From Eledone cirrhosa (taxonomy: Eukaryota): a DNA stretch of 64,000 nt. The position numbers and the translations under genes were made by a program. Numbering within the stretch: the first letter of the stretch is position 1; each line of letters opens with the position of its first letter. Below, piece by piece: positions 37,680 to 53,110 of the stretch. A model generated the notes under the pieces. It was not told the DNA's origin, did not search any database, and saw nothing but the letters and a program-made list of their open reading frames with translations. The stretch lies in the NCBI GenBank assembly GCA_964016885.1, contig OZ024753.1, forward strand, positions 27,714,001 through 27,778,000. The letters run 5' to 3'.

Positions 37680-37843
37680 ACACACACACTCTCTCTAGGA
37701 ATCAGTTTGTCTCACTCAGTTTCTCTCTCGCTTAAATAAACGTACATAGATTGTATGTCACTTACACAAACATGCGCGCCAATTCAGTTTGTATATTACA
37801 CACACAGACACACCTCTTTCTCCCCCCTTCGCGCGCTCTCTCG

Positions 37844-37931
<88 letters not shown>

Positions 37932-38301
37932 GTGTGTGTGTGTATGTATATATATAAATATATATATATTTTATATATTTATATATACATATATACATAG
38001 AGAGAGAGAGCTGGATAAACACATTCACTCTATCGCTCTTTCACACACACGCACTAATGATTTTTTTTTGTAAAAAAAATTTCGTGCCTTACTTATATCT
38101 CACACTTTCCACACACATACATGAAACTGTGCCGCTTACTTTCTCTCATACACATACTATATTTTTCACACAAACGTACACATTTGTATGCTTGTTCCTC
38201 GTGATACCTCTCCATTACACATTTATTCTTTGCACCGCTCTCTCTCACCCCCCCCCTCTCTCTACACACACGTGTATGTTTACATATATATATATATACA
38301 T

Positions 38302-38343
<42 letters not shown>

Positions 38344-38348
38344 GAATG

Positions 38349-38398
38349 GCTTCTACAGAACTAGAACTGTTTCATTCGGGAGAAATCATCAAGGCTTC
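38349..38398 (-). ncRNA. Degenerate hammerhead, same family as 13545
   Basis: TTGATGA T-TTC tccc GAA-T GAA ACAG ttctagtt CTGT A GAAGC; C3 and the 5' strand of stem I are damaged. Confidence 0.6.
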
Positions 38399-38431
38399 TT
38401 GTTATGTATTGAGTACCTTACTTACTGTGGT

Positions 38432-38468
<37 letters not shown>

Positions 38469-38937
38469 ATTACACCCATACTCATGCCCTAAGCATCTCA
38501 CCAGGTCTCTATTGCACACACACATACACACACACACACTTAGTACTACCCTCTATCTCTTTTACTCTTATTATCTTTCGGTTACAAACGCACTTTCAAT
38601 TCCCCCTCTTTCTCTCTCAGTATCACATGTATTAGACTATCTCTGCATTAGACGCTCTTTCGATTTTTATTTTCTTCGCTTTTTCTTTTACTCTCAGAAC
38701 TTCTCAGTTTCTCTTTTCTTCTTTCACTATCTCTCTATTCTATGTAGCTTCCTCCCCCCTCTCTTTTGTTTTATCTATCTCTCCCTTTTACTCTACCTAT
38801 CTTCAGCTTTCGCGCTCTTATTCTCCCCCCCCCCCCCTCTCTTTCTACCTACCTCTAGCTTTCGCGCTCTTACATTCTTTCCACGCCTCTCTCTCTCTTT
38901 TAGACTACCTATCTCCAGCTTGTGCGCTCTTATTCTC

Positions 38938-38983
<46 letters not shown>

Positions 38984-39058
38984 TCTGCCTATCTTCAGCT
39001 TTCGTGCACTTTCTCTCTCTCTCGCTCTTTTACTCTACCTATCTCCAACTTTCGTGCA

Positions 39059-39124
<66 letters not shown>

Positions 39125-40023
39125 CTCGCTCTTTTACTCTACCTATCTCCAGCTTTCGCGCACTTACTCTTTCTCTTTTTACATTACCTATCTCCAGTTC
39201 GTGCGTGCTCCCACTGTCTCTCTCTTTCTCTCTCTCTCTCTCCGTTCCTCTCAGGCGCCACACACAATACCATTCTCACAGCATCCACCACCATCACCCC
39301 CGTTCTACGCACGCGCACACACCCTCCCTCAGCCATTCACTCAACGTAACAGCATCTAACAACACTGGAACAAGGTATGAGTCGCTCTTAAAGTGAAGAG
39401 ACTGACACTACAGACACTCGAATTGGAAGTCTTTTTAACAGCAGACACACGACTTTCGTGTGCGGATAGCGCGCGCGCGCGTCTGTGTGTGTTTTGTATA
39501 TATATATATATATATGTATGTATATACAAAGAGATATATACATATGCGCTCATATTAATATATGATATGTATGAATGTATATAGTTATCTGTCTAAAAAT
39601 TATGCGTGCGGACACAAAAGTCGGTCGTTCAAACTACACACGGTAGTCAAATATAGAAATATTCTCACTCATTTGAATCTGACGTGAACCACAAAGAATA
39701 ACTAGAAAAACAAAGTTATATACACATATACATACACACACGCAAAACAAACATACATGTACGCAGACACACAAATGCATACACGCATTTACATAGATAT
39801 ATAAACATACATACATATACAGTCAAGCACATATACACACACATAAACAAACACGTACATATAGAGAGATATAAACAAACACATACACCTGATTACATAA
39901 ATACAAAGATAAACACTTACGCATACACACACACACATACATACACAAACACACATATACATACAACTCCACATCACATTCACATATAGGCACAATTATA
40001 TAATTATATAAGAGTACACATAT

Positions 40024-40094
<71 letters not shown>

Positions 40095-40159
40095 AGCGCA
40101 AGCGCGCGTACACACAAACACGCGTCTTTGAGTATACATATTATTAAATAGATATTATA

Positions 40160-40246
<87 letters not shown>

Positions 40247-40644
40247 ATATATGCATATAAATACAATCACACACCAAGTTAACGCGAAATAGCAACACAA
40301 AACAAGAACAACAACCAAAATAACAAGTGTTCGTCATTATCATTATTATTGTTATAATCATCATCAGCACTGTTAGCAACAACAGCAAAAGCATCAACAC
40401 CACTACAGTCATCAACATCACTATCATCATTATTATCGTCGTGGTGAACTTTATCGTCATTATCATCGGTTCTATGAGAGAAGACGGCCGGAGTGTAAAT
40501 GACAACAGAGAACGTATAGCGCTGTATGCCGGAAATGAGGTAGGTGAAACTTTGTACACTCTCATCCACCATCACACACTTATATACATACCTCCTATAT
40601 GTATGTGCACATATATGTCTGTATATTTGTATGAAAACGCAAGC

Positions 40645-40688
<44 letters not shown>

Positions 40689-40744
40689 ATATATATGTGT
40701 GTGTGTATATATGTATGTATGTATATACACATACAATTATCAAT

Positions 40745-40794
40745 TATATATATATATATATATACAAACATACAAACATATATATATATATACA

Positions 40795-40856
<62 letters not shown>

Positions 40857-40974
40857 TATATACAAACATATATATATACAAACATATATATATATATATA
40901 TATATACAAACATATATATATATATACAGACACATATATATATATATATATATACAAACATATATATATATACA

Positions 40975-41008
<34 letters not shown>

Positions 41009-41067
41009 AATATATATATATATATATACAAACATATATATACAAACATATATATATATATAAACAT

Positions 41068-41136
<69 letters not shown>

Positions 41137-41271
41137 AACATATATATATATATATATATATACAAACATATATATATATATATATATATATACAAACATA
41201 TATATATATATATATATATACAAATATATATATATATATATATATACAAACATATATATATATATATATAT

Positions 41272-41324
<53 letters not shown>

Positions 41325-41411
41325 AACATATATATATATATATATATACAAACATATATATATAAAAACATATATATATATACAAACATATATATATATA
41401 TATATATACAA

Positions 41412-41449
<38 letters not shown>

Positions 41450-41451
41450 AC

Positions 41452-41535
<84 letters not shown>

Positions 41536-41545
41536 ATATACACAC
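40745..41545. repeat. Compound (TA)n-CAAA(C) microsatellite
   Basis: Direct reading; similar tract at 4905-5162. Confidence 0.95.
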
Positions 41546-41971
41546 ATAGACATATTGTTTATTAGAACACCGTCTGCAGCAATGCAGCATTACAACATCC
41601 CCATATTTTTCTATCTTTTTATTCTTGTTTCCTATATATAAAATTCTTCTATACCCTTTGAGAATGAAAATAAATAAGTGATTAAATGTAGAAAAAAAAA
41701 CAAACGTTTTTCCCATTGGCAACTGTTGAAAGTTCGTCAGAGAATAATTTTCAGAGAAATGGTTTTTGTTACTTCGCACCTGAAGATTCTGAAAAAGAAG
41801 CAAATAATAATTCTTTCTTTCTTATTAACGACCATGGTTTCTTTATTCCTTTCTTTCTTTGGTAACCACTACGGCACCGTTGGACACGACCAAACGAACG
41901 AAAACTATATATGAAAAATAATTTTTTGTATATCGTTTGAATTTATATATACACATATATATACACATATA

Positions 41972-42048
41972 TAAGGTGTCCCCAAAAATGTATACGCACT
42001 TCAACAGTATTTTAATGAAAGTATGTATATATTTTTGGGGACACACTG
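41972..42048. mobile_element. Tc1/mariner-type MITE, family C
   Basis: TA-embedded inverted termini related to CAGGGTGTCCCCAAAAATGTATAC. Confidence 0.7.
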
Positions 42049-42125
42049 TATATTTATTTATTATTAGTACAGATTCGTAATTATTAATACTATTATTATT
42101 ATATTATATTATATATATATATAAT

Positions 42126-42215
<90 letters not shown>

Positions 42216-42540
42216 GGCGGATTCTTGAATTATTGGTGGTTCCAATAAGAATTCTTCCCCATATGATACCATGGTAGGGAGATCTATATATATAAGCAAA
42301 TTTAGATAGAATTCTTTTTTCTTTATCTTATTTATACTCATATAAATTGAGTTTTTTCTCGCTTATTGTTAATATATATATTATATATATATTATATATG
42401 TATCTATATATATTTATATATATATGTGTGTGTGTGTTTTTGTGTGTATAGTGTATATATGTATATATATATAGTGTATATATCTATTTATATATATATA
42501 TGTGTGTACATAGTTTATATATATATATACACACATATTT

Positions 42541-42606
42541 CCAGGTTTGTCCCCAAAGTAAGGGTACTGATGTTCCTATGTATGCCATGGTAAGGCAGCA
42601 CCTCGT

Positions 42607-42683
<77 letters not shown>

Positions 42684-43798
42684 CGTGTTAGTTATGACCT
42701 CGGCTGCACTTCCATACTTGTTTCAACATGATCGATTGAGTCAGTTGTGAGTTATTTATGTACAGACGTGTTTATAACCTCTGTTACGTTTGCGATGCAG
42801 AAAAATATCTAACAACAGCACGTTATTAAATTTTCTGTTAAAATCAACAAATCTGCTACCGAAATATTTAACACATGCATATGGAGGTGCCACTGTATCG
42901 AGGAATAAGGTTTTTAAGTAGCACACAGTTTTCAACGAGGGCCGAGAAAACGTTGAAGACGAACCTCGTTCTGGAAGGTCAATCTCGTCAACACATGAAC
43001 AAAATGTGGAAGTGGGACATGCATTGATGGCGAAAGATCACCGATTAAGTGTTAGGATGATTGCAGAAGAAATGGGCTTGAATAAAAATGCAATTCACAG
43101 AATGTTACAACTAATGCCCAAACACTTGTCTGAGGAGCAAAAAGCGAACCGGTTGGAAATTTGTCAGGATTTGATAGAAAGACTCGAAATTGAGCCACAT
43201 TTCTTGGATATAGTATTAACAGGAAATAAATGATGAGTGTTCGAGTACAATCCAGAGACAAATTGGCAAAGCGAGGACTGGCACACGAAAAATTCTCCTC
43301 GTCCGAAGAAAGCACGCATGAGCAGATCCGTTCTTACCTCAGGACAGAAAGTTAATTGCACCTTGGAACGACTTGGAAAATGGGTGCAGCAAGTCCGAAA
43401 CGACATTGCAGTAGATTGTAGGCACTACATCACGATAATGTGCCTGTTGACACAGCACTTTCAATTAGAGAATTTCTGGTGAAGTAAAACATTCCCACTC
43501 TTCCACATCTTTCATTCAGCCCAAATATATGTCCGTATGATTTCTACCTATTCCCTAAGTGGAAATCGAAGTTGAAGGATGCTACTTTTGGGACTGTGGA
43601 AAACATACAAAAAATTGTAACTGACGAGCTAAGGACACTCACAGGAAATGACTTCCGCTACGATCAACGATCAATGGGAAAAAACATTAGAACCACTGTG
43701 TGGCTTCCTGCACAGAAAGGAGATAACTTGCAATTTCATGAACATTTAATATACATTTAAATAAAACATCTGTATCCTTACTTTTAGGACAAACCTCG
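42541..43798 (+). mobile_element. Decayed mariner transposon
   Basis: TIRs ccaggtttgtccccaaagtaagggtactga / tctgtatccttacttttaggacaaacctcg followed by TA; transposase relics EGRENVEDEPRSGR, FEYNPETNWQS, FSPNICPYDFYLFPK (a YSPDLAPxDF variant). Confidence 0.9.
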
Positions 43799-44031
43799 TA
43801 TAATACATATATACTATACATCATATATATATTATATATATATTACATATATGTGTATAAATATTATAGAATATGTATTCCTGTTTCTATTTTTGTACTC
43901 CTGAAGAAGGGCTAAAACCCGACAAGTCGAACTTTCTTTCCCCTTTTCCATATAAAGCGTGAAACCTTTTGTATCTCTATTTTGTCGTTTCTTTGATATA
44001 TATACACACACACACACACACATACACACAT

Positions 44032-44088
<57 letters not shown>

Positions 44089-44644
44089 CACAGTTTAAAT
44101 TATGCCACAGTCTCCAAAAGGGAGAAAATGCAGGCGAAACTAATACATTAGTTTCGCTCGCACCACATCCCTAACTGCAATTCCTCGAATTAAAAGACAA
44201 TATTGATTATCCTAATAAATTAAGACAACCAATATTGGTCGAACATTCTTTCATTAGAGGGTTACTTTGTTTGGAGAAAGTTGTATTCGTCGGTTAGTGA
44301 TACAGACCTTATCGAAGCAGCATGGTGTATCTGGGGACACGCATGCGTAGTTCGATTACAAAGATGAATATTTGTATATCAAGGACAAAATGACAGATTA
44401 GTAATGATGCTAGAAAAAACACCCATCAGACCTGTCTATAGCATCTCGTCAACAAAGGAGTCGTATTTAACTAACAGAGAAAAAGAAAAAAATGGTGTCA
44501 TTATATTACGGGACATCTCAAAGAAGAAGACAGCTAAAATGTCTAAATCTGAGAAGCATATAAACACAGTTTAAATTATAACATATTTAGGTGTCTTGTT
44601 CATTGAGATGTCCCATATATTAATAACAATTATTTTGCCTGTTG

Positions 44645-44800
<156 letters not shown>

Positions 44801-44859
44801 TGAAATCGAAAATGCAACTGGAGTCTTATTTTTAAGAATATATATATATTTATTTGGTT

Positions 44860-44897
44860 CCTTTACCGGTTTCGCAGTTCTTCTGCTTTTCAAAAGT
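44860..44897 (-). ncRNA. Degenerate minimal hammerhead
   Basis: ctt TTGAAAA GCAG aagaa CTGC GAA ACCGGT A aag, then AATAAA and (TA)n. Confidence 0.45.
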
Positions 44898-45015
44898 AGA
44901 GTTGAGATGGAGGGTCTATGGTTTTCTGAAAAACCATTTCATCTTTTTTTCTTTATACTTTCACTCGTATAGGACATCTCGGTTATTTTTCATTTTGTAA
45001 AAAAAACCTCACTTT

Positions 45016-45072
<57 letters not shown>

Positions 45073-45435
45073 AAAGTAGTAACGGCGGGGTTATTTCACC
45101 ATAATTGCTTTGCTGTATGATATATATTTCTGTTAATTGGTTATGCATGTGACTTCATCAGATGCTTATACAATCCTAAGTGTAGTTATGCAATCAATGA
45201 GATATGTCGCTGGTCATGTATTACCACCCAATTGTAATGCCACCAGATATAATCACCAACTCTGGGATAAACTACTGACGTGAAGTGCTTTTGAATTGCT
45301 CAGACCGGCTTATCCTTAAGAAGTTACAACGTAACAAGCACGTAAAAGGAACTTAAATATATATATTTATATATATATATAGTAGGATTAGTTAATTACA
45401 ATGGTGATATCTATCTGTACTGTAATTCACACTCA

Positions 45436-45490
<55 letters not shown>

Positions 45491-45535
45491 AACATTTCGT
45501 ATGGAAAAAATAGTCTCTGTTTAGGAACATTTTGG

Positions 45536-45584
<49 letters not shown>

Positions 45585-45738
45585 GAAGGAAGTAGGGTAA
45601 GGAACCAGGTGGACCATAACGCACCAGAGTAGTCAATACTTAGGGTAGTAGAGTGGGTAATAAGAAAAAGTTCAAGACCCCGACGGCAGAGCTCAAGCCT
45701 TTTCGACGGCTATACACATATGTATGTACATATATATA

Positions 45739-45782
<44 letters not shown>

Positions 45783-47794
45783 GGTGATGTTATGCATACA
45801 CAATTGATTTATTGAACATAATTACGATGTTTCAGCAAAGCGAGTGCTCGCTAAGCTTCATGAGCTTATGTGTGTGTGTTGTTTATCTCTGTTCCACTTC
45901 TGCATACTTCCACTCTGCTATCATCTACACATTACTCTACTCAGCTCTGTGTTCTGTAAAACGTCACACTTCTCTATTGTAATCTGTATCATTCCCGTCT
46001 TATCTACCTCCTCACTTTTAAACGCCACACAACTCTTCATTCAACTATTGTATGCATGTCTGTCTGTCTGTCTGTATGTATATGAATATGTGTGTGTGTA
46101 TATATGTATGTGTATATGTGTATGTATATATGTGTGTGTGCGTGCGTGTGTGTGCTTTTCTACATAAATAATATATTCATATATACACATCAATATACAG
46201 TACATTGATTTTGATGTTTCGTTTTTATAAACCATGGAAGGGTGTAGTGGCATTTAGAACCCATGTCATATTTTTCTCATTTGAAATTGCTGTGATACAG
46301 TTCTTCTCAGGGACAGGACGCTTCCACTACAGGCTGATTTGTAAATATTTACTATAAGTACGTATGTAGCCACACCTCACCATGTGTAGGTATTCATTAT
46401 TGTTATATACAGTAAATCTAGCTGTAAACAGGTACCAACAGGTACGTTCCACGAGGCTGTAAATAGATTCCAGGTTGAGGTACAATGTACCTAACCTTAT
46501 CGTATCACATTGAATCTCTCTGAGAACTACGTTAAGAGTGCACTTGTCTGGGGAATGCTCAGCCACTTGCACGTTAATTTCACGATGAGGATATTTCGTT
46601 GATCGAATCAACTAGAGAACTCATCGTCGAAAACGACGGAAGCCCAACACCAACAAATAGGTTCAAAACTGATGCATAGTCCACTAAGATGTTAAAAGGT
46701 AACATTTTTAGGTAGAATTTGCTGGTACGGTACAAGGTAGAGATACAGTCCACTTAGTTGTATATAGATACTATGTTAAGTTACAGTCTACCTGACTATA
46801 TATAATTATAGAGAGATACATTTCATCTTGTTTGTATTCTACCTGACTATAGAGAGCTATATTTCATCTATCTGTAAATAAGCATCTTGTGGAGGTACAG
46901 ATAACTTAGCTGTAATAAGTAAAGGTGTGACTTTTGGGGGAGATTAACTCGTACAAGGGTCTTAGCTGTAACAACTGATAATTTAGTTATATTTTGTCTA
47001 ATTGAAACAAAGCCTAAATATGATATTTATAGAAGAACAAAAATTAGATTGAGAAGCAAGAATGGAATGAAAATAAGAAAATATAATTATAATTCATTTG
47101 GTAAAATTGCAGCTCGTTTTTTCTTAAGTCTTAACGCCATATACCGCATGATGCAGCGTTAGTAAGACATTCTTTAAAAAAGTATAAAACGGCACTGTAA
47201 CTGCATCACATTGAACATTTTCTCGACTAAAAATACTATAAATATTTGAATTAAGAAACCCGTTTTTAAATATTTTCTGCTAAATAATTATAGGATATTA
47301 AGAGTTTATTGTTTTAATGTTGGAAAAAGTAGTGATATTGCAGGCGAGATATTGAAACATTAAATCGCAGTGCTGTTTTAGCTTCGAGAGAACTCAGTGT
47401 GCTCCACAATATGTGTTTTGCATTTGACGCAAACGCAAAGTGTATTCTGTTACTGTTGAGCTCGTAGTCAACTCCGTTCTATCGGACCTCGATCAAATGC
47501 ATTCTATTTTAGGAACATTTCTATGATTACATTATTCGATGCCTCTTATCCCTCATATCACAATAGAGTGTGATATGAGGGATAAGAAAAGCGCAATCAA
47601 CACAATATGTGCAAATTGAGAATATTTATATTCAAAGTATTATTTATTTTTGCATTACCAAACGGTATTATCAGATGCGATCAGAAAAATATCTCTTTGA
47701 TCGCATCTGAGAGAGCTGGTTGTATTTACGATCACGAAACCATTTGATAATTCAAAAATAACCCAAACTATATGCTTATATATATATATATATA

Positions 47795-47872
47795 CAAGGT
47801 ATTCCCAAAAATGTATAAAGACTTCAACAGCATTCTAATAAATATGTGTATACATTTTGGGGGTACACTCTG
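47795..47872. mobile_element. Tc1/mariner-type MITE, family C
   Basis: Same termini and core (ttcaacagcattctaataaa), inside (TA)n. Confidence 0.7.
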
Positions 47873-48066
47873 TATATATATATATATATAAGTAAGTATG
47901 TTTTGAAACAGTGAGCAGGTTTGAAATTAGAAATAGAATAGCTTTCACTGTATTGATGTACATCAATACTCATCTTTTTCCATTTATCTGAGGGTTCTAA
48001 ACCCCATTATCAGACTAAAAGTTCTTTAGTAAAAAATACGGTGAAAGCTATTCTATATATATATAC

Positions 48067-49550
48067 TAGGGTGTTCCATTTTGCAAAGTGTTTGCCAATC
48101 ATCTCGTGTTGAATACTCCCGTGTTCGAGGTGATGAAAGAACGAAATATGCAATAGAATAATATTTAGAAGTTGCACACTTTTCCATTATTTTATTTATG
48201 ATGATTTTTTGGATCTGGTCTATAGTATATTGTCCTTTCTATTCTCTTTACTAAATCTAACGAGGAAATTGCACGTCAGAACGAAATGAATGAAAATAAG
48301 CAGGAGTTATACATTCTAAATATACAATAATACTGGGATTAAAGAGAGAAACACTTTTTTATGAATGAAATTTATAACCAGAAATGACTTTTGTAGATCT
48401 TTTGACTCACGTGGTGTAAGCTTAAGTTGTTATTTGAACAGAACTATTTCGAACACATATATGGCCTTAGCCATCCAATGAGCCTGGTGGTAAGTTCCTG
48501 GGATCGCGAAGGAGAACTGGGGAGATGGCCAACCGCCAAGTTAGAGAAGGTAGACCTTTATGAACTCAGCATAGTCTTCTCGAGGATGATCTCCAGAAAG
48601 GACTATAGTCAGTAGACATTCAACCATCTCCTCCCTATTTTGCTTGAAAAAAACCTTCCATGAGCTCATCATCATCCAGGATATTTTGATAAGGCTTATC
48701 AGTGGAGTCACAACGTTCCTGGAACTTTTTGAACAGTGGGATATTACGAACAGTCGATGGGAAAAGATCTCAAAGACTTTCTTCAAAACCAGTTTAACAA
48801 TGTGATAGAGACAAGCCAGATATAAGATGGATTTTTTCAGAGCTGCTTCGATGTTAGTATTGGCTCCTTGGTGCATGCCGGTGTTACTGGCAGCGGTGTC
48901 GAAGGGCTTACCACTTATTTTATCCTCAATTTTGAATCGCTGAATTTCCTTCAGAACTACTTCAGCGACTTGTCCGGTTCCATCCCTCACAATCGGAACA
49001 CATAAGAGCTCCTCTTTTCCTTTTCCTGTAACTAAAACTACAATCCGATCTTTGAGTTTGCTAGATCGAGAAGCTAATGGTAATAATTCTCTATCCCAGT
49101 GGAGGGCTAGCTAGGATTTGCCTTCATGTGGGAAAGCGGATAACTCGATTTCCTGAGTCATCTCAAAGTGACTGGTTCTTTCTCGATAAACAGTTGAAGG
49201 GGAAATCGAAAGTTCAGACACATCATGACCAAGTCTCCTTGCAATTACGATGTAAGAAGTACTTATCTGTTGATTCGATAGTTTCCCCATTCTCACGTGA
49301 CAACAAGTGTGGTGTCAAGAGTTGACTTTATTCGCGGTGATTTTCGGGGCAGTGGTGACTTGAAAATTTCATCATCATCATCATCATCATCATCACTAAT
49401 AGCTGCGTTAGATGACGAACTTTCACGAGCTGTTTTCTCGGACATCTTGACGTCTTCATCCTGCTTTCATTTTCTTACTTTCATATCGTGAATCTTCTTT
49501 CTTCTGAATGGTTCTCATGTACTGCCTCAACACCAACCATGAATCAATAG
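48067..49550 (-). mobile_element. hAT (hATm-like) transposase remnant
   Basis: Terminus TAGGGTG at 48067; broken frames LALHWDRELL, DRIVVLVTG, FDTAASNTG, LYLACLYHIVKLVL, PREDY, AYHQARWMAKAIY. Confidence 0.75.
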
Positions 49551-49580
49551 CCAACAATGTTATCTGTCTGCCTCACCCTC

Positions 49581-49657
<77 letters not shown>

Positions 49658-49659
<2 letters not shown>

Positions 49660-49755
49660 GGGTTTTTCAAAAATGTGTACACAGTTCAACATCATTCTAA
49701 TAAATATTGCCTGTACATGTAATCAAAGTATGTATACATTTTTTGGGGGGACACC

Positions 49756-49758
<3 letters not shown>
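49658..49758. mobile_element. Tc1/mariner-type MITE, family C
   Basis: Ends ttttggggggacaccctg followed by TA; inside (TA)n. Confidence 0.7.
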
Positions 49759-49804
<46 letters not shown>

Positions 49805-49901
49805 GTAGGAGGTGAGTTTTATTGTAGTACAATAAAGCAATGCAGATATCGGATAAGAAGCACTCTACAGTTTGTAGGACTGGAGTATACATAATATAAT
49901 A

Positions 49902-50008
<107 letters not shown>

Positions 50009-50043
50009 CATATATATACACACACATATATATATATATATAT

Positions 50044-50147
<104 letters not shown>

Positions 50148-51435
50148 ATTGTTGTCTATTGATTCTTTTCTTTGTCTTGCCATTTGAGTTATATATGCTT
50201 CACTTGGGAGGTTTAATGTGGTCGAAACATGTACGTTGTATTCACGAGTTGTCGTTAAAGACAACAACAATCTTAACTATATCGTCTTTATTTTTCTACA
50301 TTTGTCAGTTGTAGAATTAGGTTGTAGTTTAGTTATGGTATTAGCTGACAGTTGTCAGCATATTCACTTAGTGTGGAAACAGAATTAACTGTATAAATCT
50401 GCTACCAAATAAACAATACGTTTTTACTCTTCCACCCATTTCTCACTCTCTATATTTCTATTTCAACTATTATTTCTTATTCTATTATCTACCCCCCACC
50501 CCACTCCACCTTATCAACCTAATAATTATATTTGTCTCCCCAAACTACCAAAACACACATCTATTTGTATATGTGCTACAATTTATCTACATGTTATGTT
50601 TATCGCATATCGAAGTGTTTTATATCTTGGTTGATATTTGATAGCAACAGCTAAACTAATCACTACAACTAAATTGACCAAATCCCCCCCCCCCCCCCAC
50701 ACACACACCTCTCAATTCAGAAATGCTTCCACCGCCCCTGATATTGTTTTAGCAACAATATCATGCCGCACCGGAAGTTAGTATCATGATAGCATGTGGT
50801 GATAGTTGCTGATAATATGGTATAACGTCATCAATAAAAATATGGCACAACACACGTTTTCACATTTTAGGTCACGTGTTTCGGGTTTAAGGCTTCATTA
50901 TTTTGTCAGAGCATTTTTCTGTGTATGAATTCTTGCACTCATATTTACGGCGTAAATATTTTCATTTTACACATTGTTTTAATGTTTCTATACATATATT
51001 TTCATCCAACACGTGTCTTCTCTTATCTTCTGTTTACTTTGGTTTAATCTTCCTCTTCTTCCACTTCGATTTCCTCGTTCAATTTATGTCGTTTTAACAC
51101 ACACACACACACACACACACACACCAATGTTTCAGAAGTGTTTATGTTTTGAAATCGCAGACCGTCTGAGGAAGAAGCCCCGCGAGGTGTCTGATGCAGC
51201 GGGTGTCGCTAGCCATTGTTTACGGGGCGCCGCGATCTATGACTAGAACCCATCACCCTCCTCCTCCTCCTCTCTCCCATTCTTCTGTGTTCTTTGAGCC
51301 CTTACCTTTCCCTTCCTTTTTCGTTTTTAATTATTAATAATTATCTAACTGTACTCAGAGTTATTAATTTACAAATAAACGTCTGGAGTTAAGTCAAACT
51401 GTTAATATAAATGGTCAATTTCTACATAATGTATG

Positions 51436-51680
51436 TTCCAGTTGAGTCGCTCAACGGAACAGCCTGCCCGTGAAATTAACGTACACGTGACCGAGCAGTT
51501 CGCAGACACGTGTATTATAGTTGTCATGGAAAATGTGACAAACTTGGTCCTTCGAATTACAGGAACAACTCATTTTTTGTCAGCTGAGTGAACTGGAGCA
51601 ACGTGAAAGGACACAATGCGCCGCCGGTAATCCAACTCATGACCTTACGATCATGAGCTGAATACTCTAACTACTAAGTC
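51436..51680 (-). mobile_element. tRNA-derived SINE, family 3 (related pieces at 26450-26550, 46490-46640 and 51960-52070)
   Basis: On -: ttagtagttagagtattc A-box region, gagttggattacc B-box-like; shared tail gtgaaattaacgt...cagacacg. Confidence 0.6.
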
Positions 51681-51768
51681 TTCACACACACACATACACG
51701 CACGCACACACATACACGCACGCACACACGCACGCACACACACACACACACACACGCACACACACACA

Positions 51769-51821
<53 letters not shown>

Positions 51822-52080
51822 TTATACGTATATGTATATGTATGTGTGTGTATATATATATATATATATCGACAGTCGATCGACTTTCGTCAAATCGGAC
51901 CGAGGAAACAATGTTTCCGTTGGTCTTTCCAATTGCTAGTACTATATATCGGTCGCAAATCCAGGTAGAAGGAGCAACGTGAAATAAAGTGTCTTGCTCA
52001 AGGACATAACGCATTGCCCGGCTTCACGATTGCGAGTAACGACTCTCTAACTACTCAGCCACGCACCTTCACAGAATAGG

Positions 52081-52126
<46 letters not shown>

Positions 52127-52474
52127 GTGTAAGTATGTGGCTCCCCTCTATTCATACTGGCGTGTGCCATAAAATATGTTGCATTCACACACATACTTAA
52201 CACAATTTCTTTGAGATGTTTGTGACCTTAATGATGTTTAGCCTCCAGAGTAGCTACCGTCTTACATAACTATGACCGTGAAGCAAACCAACCGTGGCCA
52301 TCCTTTATTTTTTTACTGATAGTGTATTACATAATCTAATATGTCCCTTTTTAGCGTGTAGGGTGTGATTTGAAGGAGAAGCTAGCCCCTATTTCTAGCA
52401 GGTCGAGCAAACACGCTGTGACTCCTTCGTTATCTTGTGATTATAATAATGGTTAGTATTAGTTACTCTCATAG

Positions 52475-52745
52475 ATGGTAGTACGAAATACATTCAAATA
52501 TTGATCATATATGTAGAAAAATACATTCACATATGCACACATACATAGTAACACATTTTTTCAGCTATAATAGTTTGTGGTACAAAATATATTCAAATAT
52601 TGACCACATATGCAGAAAAATATATTCACCTTCCCCTCCACACACATATCTACGATAGTAACACTATCTTTCAGATATTAGACGCTAGCGTATAATATAC
52701 ATTGAAGTATTGACCAGGTATGAAGAAAAATACACTGATGTACAT
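52475..52745. repeat. Diverged ~100-bp tandem repeat x3
   Basis: tacattcaaatattgaccatatatgyagaaaaatacattcac recurs near 52490, 52588 and 52698. Confidence 0.75.
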
Positions 52746-53004
52746 ATACCTTCACACCATCATAGTGTCTGGTAGATAATTTTGGCTTTATTAGTTAGTA
52801 GTATAACAAATGTTGTTATTGACTCCATACATCTATATATGAGCGCTTAACTTCTTGTGGCGACGTAGGGGCGCCGTAGTGAAAAACGGACTGTCTTGAG
52901 CATTTAAACTTGGTGAAGCCCATCCCTCACCAACTTGAAACACTGGCAATTTCCTCGGGGAAAGAGAGCGCGCGAGAGAAGTGAGAAAGTGATATAGAGG
53001 AAGA

Positions 53005-53110
53005 ATCGGCCCCAGTTTTGAACTGGTACTTTATTCATTGATCTCAAAACAATGGAAGCCAAAGTTGACCTCGACGGAGTTTGAACTCACAGCGCGTCTG
53101 AGATTCTGCC
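53005..53110 (-). mobile_element. SINE family 1, degraded
   Basis: aaagttgacctcgacggagtttgaactc match. Confidence 0.65.

Noticed and set aside
38791-39215. CRISPR-like repeat-spacer appearance
   Set aside because: Eukaryotic context, spacers are simple CT repeats of variable length, and no cas genes.
40327-41803. 400-aa IYIY ORFs (also near 4.9, 56-58 and 62-63 kb)
   Set aside because: (TA)n microsatellite translations.
43124-43158. CTGAGGA-GC-aaaaa-GC-GAAC hammerhead look-alike
   Set aside because: Lies in mariner transposase coding sequence (LSEEQKANR), lacks GAAA and has no stem I.
45115-45165. CTGATGA...GAAATATA on -
   Set aside because: Stems I and II do not pair convincingly; at most a very decayed hammerhead.
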